Below, piece by piece: positions 1-9,203 of a stretch of DNA of 64,000 nucleotides. Below the pieces are notes generated by a model, which worked only from the letters and a program-made list of their open reading frames with translations, made no database searches and was not told where the DNA came from. Each line of letters begins with the position of its first letter. Positions within the stretch are counted from its first letter, which is position 1. A program made the position numbers and the translations under genes. The stretch comes from Candidatus Ozemobacteraceae bacterium. Its GTDB lineage: Bacteria > Muiribacteriota > Ozemobacteria > Ozemobacterales > Ozemobacteraceae. The stretch is from the NCBI GenBank assembly GCA_965140445.1, contig OZ223236.1, positions 2,912,001-2,976,000 on the forward strand. The letters run 5' to 3'.

Positions 1-1571
1 GTCGTTGTTTCCGGCTCTGAAGCTATGACTTTTGCTGGTGCAGAAGATTCTGTGCCAACATAAGAGCTTTGAATAGCTGCTTTCATTTCTTCAGGGTTAT
101 CTACCAGCTCTGCAACAAGCTTGTTGGATATTGCGCGGCTATTTTCGTTCTTACTTAATTCGTCTCCGATTTCACCAAGAACAAAAGTCGCAGATTTTAC
201 GTATCCTTCATTGCTGGAATTGAATAGGTTACGCAGATCAGCTAGCACTTCGTAGTCGCCCCAGACCCAAAGTCTTTTTATGGCAGTGCTTTTTACTCGA
301 TTGTCTTCGTGGGCAAGAAGCTCTCTAAACCTTTCAATTAGGCCACTGTTTGGTCCTCCAGAAAGTTCTGAGATAGCTTCAATTGAGTTTGAAACGACAC
401 GAGGGTCTTCACTTTCAAGGAAAGGCATTATTAAATCAAGAACGCCTTTTTGGCCTGTGCTGCCAAGGCTTGATATAAGTGTTGCCTGAACAATAAAATT
501 TTCTTCTTCCTGTAGCTTGGCGGAAAGTAATTCTACGGCTTTATCTGGTGCACATCTTGCTATGGCAAGAGCGGCTTCAACTCTTACATCGAAATTAGGA
601 TCATTCAGTAGTGGCTTAAGATGAGGAAGTGCTTCCTTGTATTCAATTTTTCTTAAGGCGTTGGTAGCATTTCTTCTTACATCCGGATCTTCATCTTTTA
701 GGGCTTTAGCCAGCTCACGAATGAAGCGAGAGTCTTTAATCTCACCAATAGCATAGGCAGCAGAGGCCCTATACCATTTATCCTGATGCTGAATCATCTG
801 CTTAAGCGTTTCTGAAACATCAAAATCGCCGTATTTCCAGATCGCTTTGGCAACGTTAGCTCTGACGCGGTTACTTGGATCTTCAAGGTAAGGCTGGATT
901 ATTCCTACTATTGAACCGGACTTAAGGCTTTCGATAGCTTCAATAGCGTTGGCGCGAACTCTTGGATCCTCATCTCGAAGGGCTCCCTGAAAAACAGGCA
1001 GCAAACGATCTGAAGGCATCATTCCCAAAGACATAATAATCGAGGCGCGAATACGTGGGCTTTTTTCCTGCGCTAAAAGTCTTTTTAAAAGAGAAATAGA
1101 AAGCCTGTTCTGGATTTTTCCCAGTGCGATAATGGCTGAAATAATCGCTTCTTCTTCGAAGAAAATCTGTGCTGTAGGCGCTTGAGCATCTTCTGATTCC
1201 GGGCTGACTATGCTTGAGTCAGTGTAATCATTTAGAGCTTCCATCAAAATATTGAAAGCTTCCTGGTTTTCCATCATTCCAAGGGCTTGGGCTGCGTTAA
1301 ATCTGACTTCTTGCTGCGAATCATTCAATGCACTGACCAAAAGGGAAATAGCTTTTGAGCTATCAATATTGCCAAGGGCCAGGGCCATAAAATCCTGAAT
1401 GTTGTCGCTTTCATATGTTTCCAGAAGGAAATCTGTTGCTTTTTCACCCTTAAATTTGGAAAGAGCAATTGCTGATTCTCGTCTTTGCTCGTAGTCTGCA
1501 TTGAGAAAATTGTGTATAAGTCTCGCCAATAGGGGTTTAAGATTTGTCGTTAAAGTTGAAAGTTCCTGCAT
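1..1571 (-). CDS. HEAT/PBS-lyase repeat protein, 3' end runs off the window (not in ORF track)
   Basis: Manual translation from ATG 1571: MQELSTLTTNLKPLLARLIHNFLNADYEQRRESAIALSKF...ALNDSQQEVRFNAAQALG, later LRDEDPRVRANAIEA; repeated HEAT units; GAGG RBS upstream; divergent from the pilT cluster. Confidence 0.85.
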   Translation of the reverse strand, partial: MQELSTLTTNLKPLLARLIHNFLNADYEQRRESAIALSKFKGEKATDFLLETYESDNIQDFMALALGNIDSSKAISLLVSALNDSQQEVRFNAAQALGMMENQEAFNILMEALNDYTDSSIVSPESEDAQAPTAQIFFEEEAIISAIIALGKIQNRLSISLLKRLLAQEKSPRIRASIIMSLGMMPSDRLLPVFQGALRDEDPRVRANAIEAIESLKSGSIVGIIQPYLEDPSNRVRANVAKAIWKYGDFDVSETLKQMIQHQDKWYRASAAYAIGEIKDSRFIRELAKALKDEDPDVRRNATNALRKIEYKEALPHLKPLLNDPNFDVRVEAALAIARCAPDKAVELLSAKLQEEENFIVQATLISSLGSTGQKGVLDLIMPFLESEDPRVVSNSIEAISELSGGPNSGLIERFRELLAHEDNRVKSTAIKRLWVWGDYEVLADLRNLFNSSNEGYVKSATFVLGEIGDELSKNENSRAISNKLVAELVDNPEEMKAAIQSSYVGTESSAPAKVIASEPETT

Positions 1572-1654
1572 TTTCAGCCTCTGTTTAATCTCTGATTGTA
1601 TACAATTGATACTAACAGAAATTAGTTAAATTTTAAAATAATGATTCGTTCAAT

Positions 1655-1683
1655 GTGAAAATACTGTTCTTTAATGCTATACT
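1655..1683 (+). promoter_or_regulatory. sigma70-type promoter for the pilT cluster
   Basis: GTGAAA-17 nt-TATACT with extended TG; ATG only 9 nt after the -10, no SD. Confidence 0.55.
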
Positions 1684-1692
1684 TTACATACT

Positions 1693-2763
1693 ATGGCGGA
1701 TGAAAGAAGTCTTTACGAATTATTAAAATACACTTTTGAGCAAAAAGGATCCGACCTTCACCTGAAAGTTGGGCGAAAGCCTGCTATCAGAGTCGATGGT
1801 AATATAAAAATCGTGGAGGGTTTTCGTTTTAATAAACATGACTTTCAACGGATTCTCGAAGTTCTTTTAACCAGTGAACAGGAAGAGCAGTTCCTGCAGA
1901 AGCATGAGCTGGACTTTGCCTACACCCTTGAAGGGGTTTGTCGTTTCAGGGTTAATATTTACCATGATTTAAATGGTGCCGGTGCTGTTTTCAGGGTTAT
2001 TCCATATCGTGTAATGGGATTTGATGAAATTGGTCTTCCGGAAGCAGCTAAAAAGCTTATTGAGCAGCCAAATGGTTTGATTCTTATAACCGGTCCAACC
2101 GGCGCGGGAAAAACTTCAACAATGGCCAGTTACCTGAATTATGTTAACCAGAATGCATGCCGTCATGTTGTAACCATTGAAGATCCAATAGAATATCAGT
2201 TTGAAGATCAAAAAAGTTTTTTCAACCAACGACAGGTGGGGGTTGATTGTCTGGGTTTTTATGAAGGGCTTTTGACCGTTCTTCGCCAGGACCCCGACAT
2301 TGTTGTTGTAGGCGAAATGCGTGAGCCTGAAACTATTGCCCTCACATTAAATGCCGCTGAAACAGGAAAGCTTGTTATCGCTACACTGCACACCAGCTCC
2401 GCCGTTTCCACCGCAGAAAGAATTGTAAATGTTTTCCCTGAAAGCCGTCATCATCAGGTTTTGTTACAGCTTTCAATGGTTTTAAGAGGTGTGGTTTCTC
2501 AAACATTGCTACCTAAAGTTGATGGTGGCCGAGTTGCTGCTTTTGAGGTGTTGCTTAATACTTCTGCCGTGCGTGCACTTATTGCCGAGGGCAAAATTCA
2601 CATGATTCCATCATACCTTGAAACTGGCACAGAATTAGGTATGACCACCATGGAAATGTCTCTGGCAAAATTGATCAGAGAAGGTCTTGTCAGCAAGGAA
2701 GATGCAATGCTGGCCGCTCCAAATTCAGCCGAGCTTAAAAAGCTTCTGATGGTGGGGAGGTAG
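1693..2763 (+). CDS. pilT: PilT/PilU-family type IV pilus ATPase (intact motifs)
   Basis: SDLHL N-terminus, Walker A GPTGAGKT, Asp box EDPIE, Walker B VVVGEMR, His box TLHT, AVRALIAE. Confidence 0.92.
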   Translation: MADERSLYELLKYTFEQKGSDLHLKVGRKPAIRVDGNIKIVEGFRFNKHDFQRILEVLLTSEQEEQFLQKHELDFAYTLEGVCRFRVNIYHDLNGAGAVFRVIPYRVMGFDEIGLPEAAKKLIEQPNGLILITGPTGAGKTSTMASYLNYVNQNACRHVVTIEDPIEYQFEDQKSFFNQRQVGVDCLGFYEGLLTVLRQDPDIVVVGEMREPETIALTLNAAETGKLVIATLHTSSAVSTAERIVNVFPESRHHQVLLQLSMVLRGVVSQTLLPKVDGGRVAAFEVLLNTSAVRALIAEGKIHMIPSYLETGTELGMTTMEMSLAKLIREGLVSKEDAMLAAPNSAELKKLLMVGR

Positions 2764-2766
2764 AAT

Positions 2767-3813
2767 ATGAGCACAAAACTGCGAATTCACAAATATTTCC
2801 AGATTGCAATAGATCGCAATGCATCGGATTTACATTTAAAAGCAGGTAGTCCGCCAATTATCAGGGTTGGAGGCAGATTAATCGTTTTGCCTGCCGAGCC
2901 TTTGTCGCATCAGGAAATGCCTAATCTCTTTTTACCCTTAATGGAAGTTCAGAGTCAGGAAGACCTTAAAAGAGGCCTGGAAGCTAACTTTATGGCAAAA
3001 TACCTGAATCGCTGGAGAATCAGGGCATGTATTTTCCGCCAACGAGGATGTTTATCTGGAGCATTCAGATTTATTCCTAATTCTTCGCCTTCAATTGATG
3101 GACTGAAACTGCCTTCTCTGCTTAAAGAAATTGCCACCAAGCCGCGTGGACTTTTTCTGGTTACGGGTCCAGCTAACTCTGGGAAGACCCATACTTTAGC
3201 AGCTATAATCAATGAGATTAATAAGCTTAAAGCTAAACATATCATCACCATTGAAGATCCAATTGAATTTGTACATCGTCCCAAGAAGTCTATTTTCACG
3301 CAAAGGGAAATAAATATTACGACGAACGATTATCATTCAGCATTAATGAATGCCTTGCGTGAAGATCCAGATGTAATGCTGGTGGGCGAAATGCGTGATA
3401 CTGATACAATTGAAATGGTTTTGACCGCTGCAGAAACCGGGCATCTGGTTTTTTCGACATTGCATACAGTTGGTGCAGTACAAACGGTAGACAGAATAAT
3501 TAACGTATTTCCCGGGCACAGGCATGACGAAATCAGAACTCAACTTTCAATGTCTTTGATTGGTATGATTTCCCAAATTTTGTTACCCAGTTTGCATAAG
3601 AAAGAGCGTGTAATGGCTTATGAGCTTATGATTCTGAATTCTGCCATGAGAAATCTAATTAGAGAGAAAAAGACAAATCAGCTTAAATCAGCTTTAATGC
3701 TATCAAGAAAAGAAGGCAGCAAGACCTTAAAAGACTGCCTGACCGAGCTGATTAGAGATGAAAGAGTAGATCCAAAGCTGATTGCAAACTTGATGAAGGA
3801 GATTGTTGAATGA
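2767..3813 (+). CDS. pilT: PilT/PilU-family ATPase, second paralogue (intact motifs)
   Basis: ASDLHL, GPANSGKT, EDPIE, MLVGEMRD, STLHT, AMRNLIRE. Confidence 0.9.
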   Translation: MSTKLRIHKYFQIAIDRNASDLHLKAGSPPIIRVGGRLIVLPAEPLSHQEMPNLFLPLMEVQSQEDLKRGLEANFMAKYLNRWRIRACIFRQRGCLSGAFRFIPNSSPSIDGLKLPSLLKEIATKPRGLFLVTGPANSGKTHTLAAIINEINKLKAKHIITIEDPIEFVHRPKKSIFTQREINITTNDYHSALMNALREDPDVMLVGEMRDTDTIEMVLTAAETGHLVFSTLHTVGAVQTVDRIINVFPGHRHDEIRTQLSMSLIGMISQILLPSLHKKERVMAYELMILNSAMRNLIREKKTNQLKSALMLSRKEGSKTLKDCLTELIRDERVDPKLIANLMKEIVE

Positions 3814-5969
3814 TTGATATCCATGAAATTGAATCATTCAGATACATAAAAGCTGCCAGACGTTTAATCAGACCCGGAACTGAAATTCTGGAGGGACTGA
3901 CCGGCGAAGATACTGGTGATGAACTGCGCTTTGAAAGCCTTATTGGGCTTGGTAAAATAGGTGATCCAGCATCGTTAAACCTTTTACAAAAAGAATTTGA
4001 AGCGTTGCCGGATTGTGCAGAACCAATATCAGCTTTAGGTTATTTTAAAAGCAGCACCCCAGTACAGAAGCTTATAGACCGCCTTGAAGATCCGGATTCT
4101 CTTTTTAAGGAAGAAATCGTTCGGGTGCTTGGCGAAATCGGCGATCCAATGGCCACCCGCAACATGAAAGAACTATTGCACGATGAAGATCGAATGGTTC
4201 GCTATTATGCGGCATGGGCTCTTTATAAGACTGGCGGACGTGACGTTGTTCAAAGTTTGTGTGGTTTGTTAAACGATCCCGATGAATGGATTGTAATCAA
4301 TGTCCTGGATATTTTGTCACAGTTGGGCGATCCGGAAGCTATTCCCGCTCTGGTTGGGCAATTTGAAGTGGCCAGAGATTCCAGATTAAAAGCCATCATT
4401 ATTTCATCTCTTGGCAACTTTAGAGAAGGCCGGCTTTTAAAAACTTTTGAGGAAGGGTTGTCTTCATTTGACCCCAGAATTCAGGCTAATGCCGTTGAAG
4501 CAATTTCTTTGCTAAAGATTTCCGGCCTTGAAATGAAGAGAAAACTTAAAAAGTTCTACGGTCACCCTAATAACAGGGTTAGAGCAAATTTGTGTATAGC
4601 ACTTTTTGCTGCAGACCAGGAGAAGGTTACCGAAGAAATTCTGGCTATGGTAAAGAGCCGGGACGCATCAACCAGGCGCTCAGCTGCCTTTGTTCTTTCC
4701 AGAGTTGAAATGGAAAATAGAGGCGAGTACATTCATCGTTTGCTGAAGGATGATAACTTTGGCGTTAGAAAAATGGCTCTTACATCGGCTTTGGAGCTAG
4801 AGTCCGCCTTAAGCCTTCAAGAAATTCAGCCCCTTTTAAAAGACGAAAATCCATGGGTCAGGAAACAGGCCGTAGAATGTGCCCGAAAAATCGAATCATT
4901 TCCAAGCCAGGCTGTTGTTGAGCTTTTTAAGCAGGAAGACAATGCAGCTGTAGTGGAAAGTATTCTTGAGTATTTTATCTCCAGAAATCTCTCAGAAGCG
5001 ATTCCTATGATCTTTGATCGTATAAAAACTGAACCTGAAGAGGAACTTCCGTGGCTAATTTCGGCACTGGGCCATCTTGGTGCTGTTGAAGAACTTGGAA
5101 AGGTTAAAAAGTTTTTGAGCGCGGTGCGTTCTGAGGTTCTGACAGAATATTACAGGGCGCTTCTGCAAAACGGTGATTTATCAATTCTGGATGAAGTTAA
5201 TGAAGCTCTTTCAGGTAAAAAACGTGAGCAGGATCTGGTTCAGTGGACTATAATCGCTGGCGAACTAGGGCTGTTTTTCAGAAATACTGATAAGTTTTCA
5301 ACAAAATTAATGCAAAGTCTCGCAATAGAAGTAGAAAAAGATATGGCCGGAATTGCTGGCTTTGAGCCTGTTTCAACTGTTGTGCCAAATGTTCAGGATT
5401 TTGGAAAAATCCAGGAGTTGCTGGAACAGAGAGATTACGGAAAAGCTAGACCAGAACTTGAGAACTTCCTGAAAAATTTCCCGGATCATGATGAAGCTTC
5501 TTATGGTCTGGCAAATTGCATGTATCAATCGGGTGAGACTGATGCGGCAGTAGCAATTTTAGAAAGATTGTTCAGCCGAAATCCTTCTTACCTTGATGCT
5601 TCAGTTTTATTGGGACAGATTTTCTTCAGAAGAAAAGACTGGGCCAAGCTGGCTGGATGTTATGAAAAACTTAGCTCTTTTGTTTCGTCAACAGATAAAA
5701 GAAACGTTATAAGAGTGTATGGCGCTCTCGGGCTTGCATATTTCCATCAAAAAAGATTTTCCGAGGCAATAGAAGCTCTTGGAGCTGGTTTGAAAGCAAA
5801 CCCTCGGGATCTATCATCTTCTTACCATCTTGCTCTATGTCATTACGCCATGGGAAATACATCAACGGCCAGGGAAATACTTGAAGGGCTTCGAAAAATC
5901 CTTCCACCAGACAGTCAGGTATTGAAAAATGTATTGGAACTTCTGCAGAGAATAGAAGTTACAGTTTAA
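3810..5969 (+). CDS. HEAT-repeat plus C-terminal TPR protein
   Basis: HEAT units (DEDRMVRYYAAWAL, DPRIQANAVEAI, DENPWVRKQAVE) then TPRs (ALGLAYFHQKRFSEAIEAL); ATGA overlap with the second pilT. Confidence 0.85.
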   Translation: MIDIHEIESFRYIKAARRLIRPGTEILEGLTGEDTGDELRFESLIGLGKIGDPASLNLLQKEFEALPDCAEPISALGYFKSSTPVQKLIDRLEDPDSLFKEEIVRVLGEIGDPMATRNMKELLHDEDRMVRYYAAWALYKTGGRDVVQSLCGLLNDPDEWIVINVLDILSQLGDPEAIPALVGQFEVARDSRLKAIIISSLGNFREGRLLKTFEEGLSSFDPRIQANAVEAISLLKISGLEMKRKLKKFYGHPNNRVRANLCIALFAADQEKVTEEILAMVKSRDASTRRSAAFVLSRVEMENRGEYIHRLLKDDNFGVRKMALTSALELESALSLQEIQPLLKDENPWVRKQAVECARKIESFPSQAVVELFKQEDNAAVVESILEYFISRNLSEAIPMIFDRIKTEPEEELPWLISALGHLGAVEELGKVKKFLSAVRSEVLTEYYRALLQNGDLSILDEVNEALSGKKREQDLVQWTIIAGELGLFFRNTDKFSTKLMQSLAIEVEKDMAGIAGFEPVSTVVPNVQDFGKIQELLEQRDYGKARPELENFLKNFPDHDEASYGLANCMYQSGETDAAVAILERLFSRNPSYLDASVLLGQIFFRRKDWAKLAGCYEKLSSFVSSTDKRNVIRVYGALGLAYFHQKRFSEAIEALGAGLKANPRDLSSSYHLALCHYAMGNTSTAREILEGLRKILPPDSQVLKNVLELLQRIEVTV

Positions 5970-6024
5970 CGTTCAAAATAAGGTGAAAACTGCCGATTTA
6001 GTGGAAAATTGAAATGAGGAATTT

Positions 6025-7080
6025 GTGATGAACGGATTAGTAAAGGTTTGCCAACTGGTTAAGGAAAAGGGTGGATCAGACATACACCTTTATCCGGAAC
6101 AACCGATTTATTACAGGCTTCATGGGCGCATTGAGAAAATCGAAAGCATGATTTTCACAGAGGATCAGATTAAAAAGATTATCCTTGAAACCAGCAGCCC
6201 AAAGGCCAGGGAAATCCTTGGTCGACAACGCCAGGTCACTTACGCAGAGGAAGTCGCTAACGTAGGAAGATTGCGATTTTCTGTGTTTTTTGACAAGGGA
6301 AAATTTGCTATTTCGCTTAGAATTCTTTCTGATAAATTCCTGGATTTAAAAGATCTTGGATTTAATGAAGGAATCCGTAAAATTCTGTCTCAGCCTTCGG
6401 GATTAGTTCTGGTTGGTAGCCCGTCCGGTGAGGGAAAAACTACTACTATTGCAGCCATTTTGAACTTTATTAACAAGCATTTTGAAAAAAGCATAGTGAC
6501 CATAGAAAATCCGGTTGAAATTACCTTTAAAGATGATAAATCTGCGTTTATTCAAAGAAGTATTCCTGTTGATATCTCAAATTTCTATTTCGGTCTCTGT
6601 GAGGCATATAGACTTGATCCAGACGTTGTAGTTTCCGATTCAATTAATTATCCTGACGCTATGGATCAGGCATTGACCTTATGTGAATCTGGTGCAATGG
6701 TTATTGCTGCAACTGATGGTGGCGATTGCCAGCAAATAATTGAAAGAATTATTAATTCCAGAAAGCTTGAAGAAAGGCCCGCTCTTAGAATGAAACTGGC
6801 CAATCAGTTAAAAATGATAATTAGCCAAAGGCTGGTCCCACCAATTGAGGGTGGAAAAAGAATTGGTATATTTGATGTTGTCGTAAATACCCCGCAAATG
6901 AAGACACTCATAAAAAACAATAACATGAGTATGTTCAGGGCTTTACAGGGACAGGGCGAAATTGCTGGAATGAAGACTTTTGATTCTCAGCTGACAAATC
7001 TGGTAAGAAAAAGACAGATAGACCACGCAGTAGGAATTGATTTTGCAATTGATAAAAATCGATTCTCAAGCGAATTGTGA
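6025..7080 (+). CDS. PilT-like protein with degenerate Walker B and His box (probable pseudo-ATPase)
   Basis: GSDIHL, GSPSGEGKTT, ENPVE, VVVSDSINY instead of GEMRD, ATDG instead of TLHT. Confidence 0.8.
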   Translation: MMNGLVKVCQLVKEKGGSDIHLYPEQPIYYRLHGRIEKIESMIFTEDQIKKIILETSSPKAREILGRQRQVTYAEEVANVGRLRFSVFFDKGKFAISLRILSDKFLDLKDLGFNEGIRKILSQPSGLVLVGSPSGEGKTTTIAAILNFINKHFEKSIVTIENPVEITFKDDKSAFIQRSIPVDISNFYFGLCEAYRLDPDVVVSDSINYPDAMDQALTLCESGAMVIAATDGGDCQQIIERIINSRKLEERPALRMKLANQLKMIISQRLVPPIEGGKRIGIFDVVVNTPQMKTLIKNNNMSMFRALQGQGEIAGMKTFDSQLTNLVRKRQIDHAVGIDFAIDKNRFSSEL

Positions 7081-7096
7081 GCAGGGAGGCCTGAAT

Positions 7097-8140
7097 ATGG
7101 ATGTTAGAAAAATGATTGAGAAGGTTCAAAAGGCCGGTGGGACAGAACTTCATGTGAAAATAGGCTCCCAACCTCTCATGAGAAAAAGCAAGTTTTTGCG
7201 CAAGATGGAAGGCCCAATAATTCATGAAGAAGATATGGAAGGCTTAATTGACCAGCTTTTACGTGAAGAGGAGAAAAAGAAGTTTCTAAAAGGAAGCGGT
7301 TTTTTTGAGGCTAATTTCTTTGGTGATCCACCATGTAATTTCCGTCTAAGCCTTTTGCTGTCTCAGCAGAAACCGGCAGCTGTTTTTAAAATTATTGACA
7401 GCAAAATTCCGTCTATACATGAGATAAATTTTCCAAAGGTTTTTGAAAAGGTATGGCCAGCAAGAAAAGGTTTATTCATTCTTGCCGGACCAGCAAGATC
7501 CGGGATTTCAACGTCTTTGGCTGCTATTGTCCAAAACTACAATAAGTATTTTGCCAAACATATTTTAATGATCGAAGACCCCATTGAATTTCTGTTTCAA
7601 GAAGAAAATTGTCGAATTTCTCAGCGCCAATTTAAGAAAGACATCTTCTCAATTGAGCAGGGGATTAATTTTGCAAAACGAATGGATGTAGATATCCTTG
7701 TCATTGGTGATTTGAAAAGGGAAATTCCTTTCAAGAGTGTCCTGGAATACGTTGCTGGTGGACATCTGGTTATTTTAAGTATGCAGACATGGGGAATCGC
7801 AAATACGCTGGAAAAAATCATTTTTTCCTTCCCGGAAGAAGACCGAGAAAATGTTTGCCAGGTCCTTTCAGAAAACCTCATTGGTTTGTGCTCTCAGGCA
7901 CTGATATCTGAACCTGTTGGTGGACATACAATTCCGGTACACGAAACCCTGTTGGTAAATAACACCATTGCCCAGATAATTCTTAAAGCAAAGGTCTCAC
8001 AAATTGAACCTAATATTACGACTGCTGGTGAAGGAAGTCAGGTGTTTGCCCAACATATTCAAAAACTGTATATGAAAAAAGAACTTGATCGAAATCTTGG
8101 CGAAAGTTTCCTGGAAATTTATCGGGGAATGAAGGGTTAA
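7097..8140 (+). CDS. PilT-like protein lacking the Walker A lysine (probable pseudo-ATPase)
   Basis: Start moved to ATG 7097 (GGGAGG RBS); TELHVK, GPARSGIST (K to I), EDPIE, LVIGDLK, SMQT. Confidence 0.8.
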   Translation: MDVRKMIEKVQKAGGTELHVKIGSQPLMRKSKFLRKMEGPIIHEEDMEGLIDQLLREEEKKKFLKGSGFFEANFFGDPPCNFRLSLLLSQQKPAAVFKIIDSKIPSIHEINFPKVFEKVWPARKGLFILAGPARSGISTSLAAIVQNYNKYFAKHILMIEDPIEFLFQEENCRISQRQFKKDIFSIEQGINFAKRMDVDILVIGDLKREIPFKSVLEYVAGGHLVILSMQTWGIANTLEKIIFSFPEEDRENVCQVLSENLIGLCSQALISEPVGGHTIPVHETLLVNNTIAQIILKAKVSQIEPNITTAGEGSQVFAQHIQKLYMKKELDRNLGESFLEIYRGMKG

Positions 8141-8142
8141 GC

Positions 8143-8523
8143 ATGTTTAATAAAAGCTGTAAAAAAGGGTTTACCCTGATTGAAATGAGTGTCGTGGTTG
8201 CAATTATCGGAATTCTGTATATGACAGTGGTTCCAATGTATGGAAAAACAATCCAGAAAACCCGAGAAACAGCTCTAAAGAAGAACTTGTACAGCATGCG
8301 TCAGGTATTGGATGCCTATTACAAGGACCATGAGAAATGGCCTGATTCCTTGGCAACTCTGGTGGAAAATGGCTATATCAGGGAAATCCCTGTTGATCCA
8401 ATAACTGAAAAAGTTGATACCTGGGTGAAAATACCATCTCAGCCCGGTGAAATGGATGTTTTTGATGTTAAATCAGGTGCAAGTGGGATGAGCTTAGAAG
8501 GTAAGAAATACAGTGAGTTCTGA
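8143..8523 (+). CDS. PulG/GspG-like pseudopilin
   Basis: Class III signal KKG|FTLIE; YIREIPVDPIT and DVKSGA motifs typical of short T2SS-G-like pseudopilins. Confidence 0.85.
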   Translation: MFNKSCKKGFTLIEMSVVVAIIGILYMTVVPMYGKTIQKTRETALKKNLYSMRQVLDAYYKDHEKWPDSLATLVENGYIREIPVDPITEKVDTWVKIPSQPGEMDVFDVKSGASGMSLEGKKYSEF

Positions 8524-8923
8524 AATTTTCTTAAACCCTGCAGAGCAATCTGGTAAGAATCGGAAAGGCATTACTCTGTTGATGATGACAATTACCATTC
8601 TTGCTATTGCTGCTTCTTTAACCTGGTATTTGCCTCGGGCTGACCAGGAAGTTAAGCGGGCAAAGGAAGATGAACTAAGATTCATACTTGGGGAATTTAG
8701 AACTGCGGTTGATAGATTTTCCAAAGTTAATGGAAGAGTTCCAAATGATATGTCAGAGCTTATATCTGATTCAGAAGGAAGACGTTTTTTAAGGAAAGCT
8801 TATCAAGATCCATTTTCCAAAAAAGCTGATTGGGTAATGGAAACAGCTTCCGATACTGTGTATTTCAGATCAGACTCAGATTTAATAAGCCTGTCCGGGG
8901 TTCCATATAGACAATTTCGATAA
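8513..8923 (+). CDS. Minor pseudopilin lacking Glu5
   Basis: RKG|ITLLM hydrophobic helix; KEDELRFILGEFRTAV and FLRKAYQDPF motifs. Confidence 0.7.
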   Translation: MSSEIFLNPAEQSGKNRKGITLLMMTITILAIAASLTWYLPRADQEVKRAKEDELRFILGEFRTAVDRFSKVNGRVPNDMSELISDSEGRRFLRKAYQDPFSKKADWVMETASDTVYFRSDSDLISLSGVPYRQFR

Positions 8924-8930
8924 ATAAGTC

Positions 8931-9203
8931 TTATTTAACCAGGTTTTTCAATTCGGTAAAAGGTCTGAAAACCGGAACTGATCTGGCAGGCACTTTAATT
9001 TTTTTACTTTTTCCAGGCAGGGTTGTTGAAAAGGCTTTTCTCTGGTTAGTTTTAAAAGCACCAAATTTATCGAGTTTAACCTCTTCCTTCTTTGCTAATG
9101 CTTCTTTTACGGTAGTTACAAAGGCTTTAAGAAAGGCTTCTGATTCTACATTAGTGATATTAGCTCTTTCCCTGATTTCCAGTAGAAGTTGTTTCTTATT
9201 CAT
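8931..9203 (-). CDS. hup: HU-family DNA-binding protein
   Basis: 90 aa, MNKKQLL...FGAFK...KVPARSVPVFRPFTELK. Confidence 0.85.
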   Translation of the reverse strand: MNKKQLLLEIRERANITNVESEAFLKAFVTTVKEALAKKEEVKLDKFGAFKTNQRKAFSTTLPGKSKKIKVPARSVPVFRPFTELKNLVK

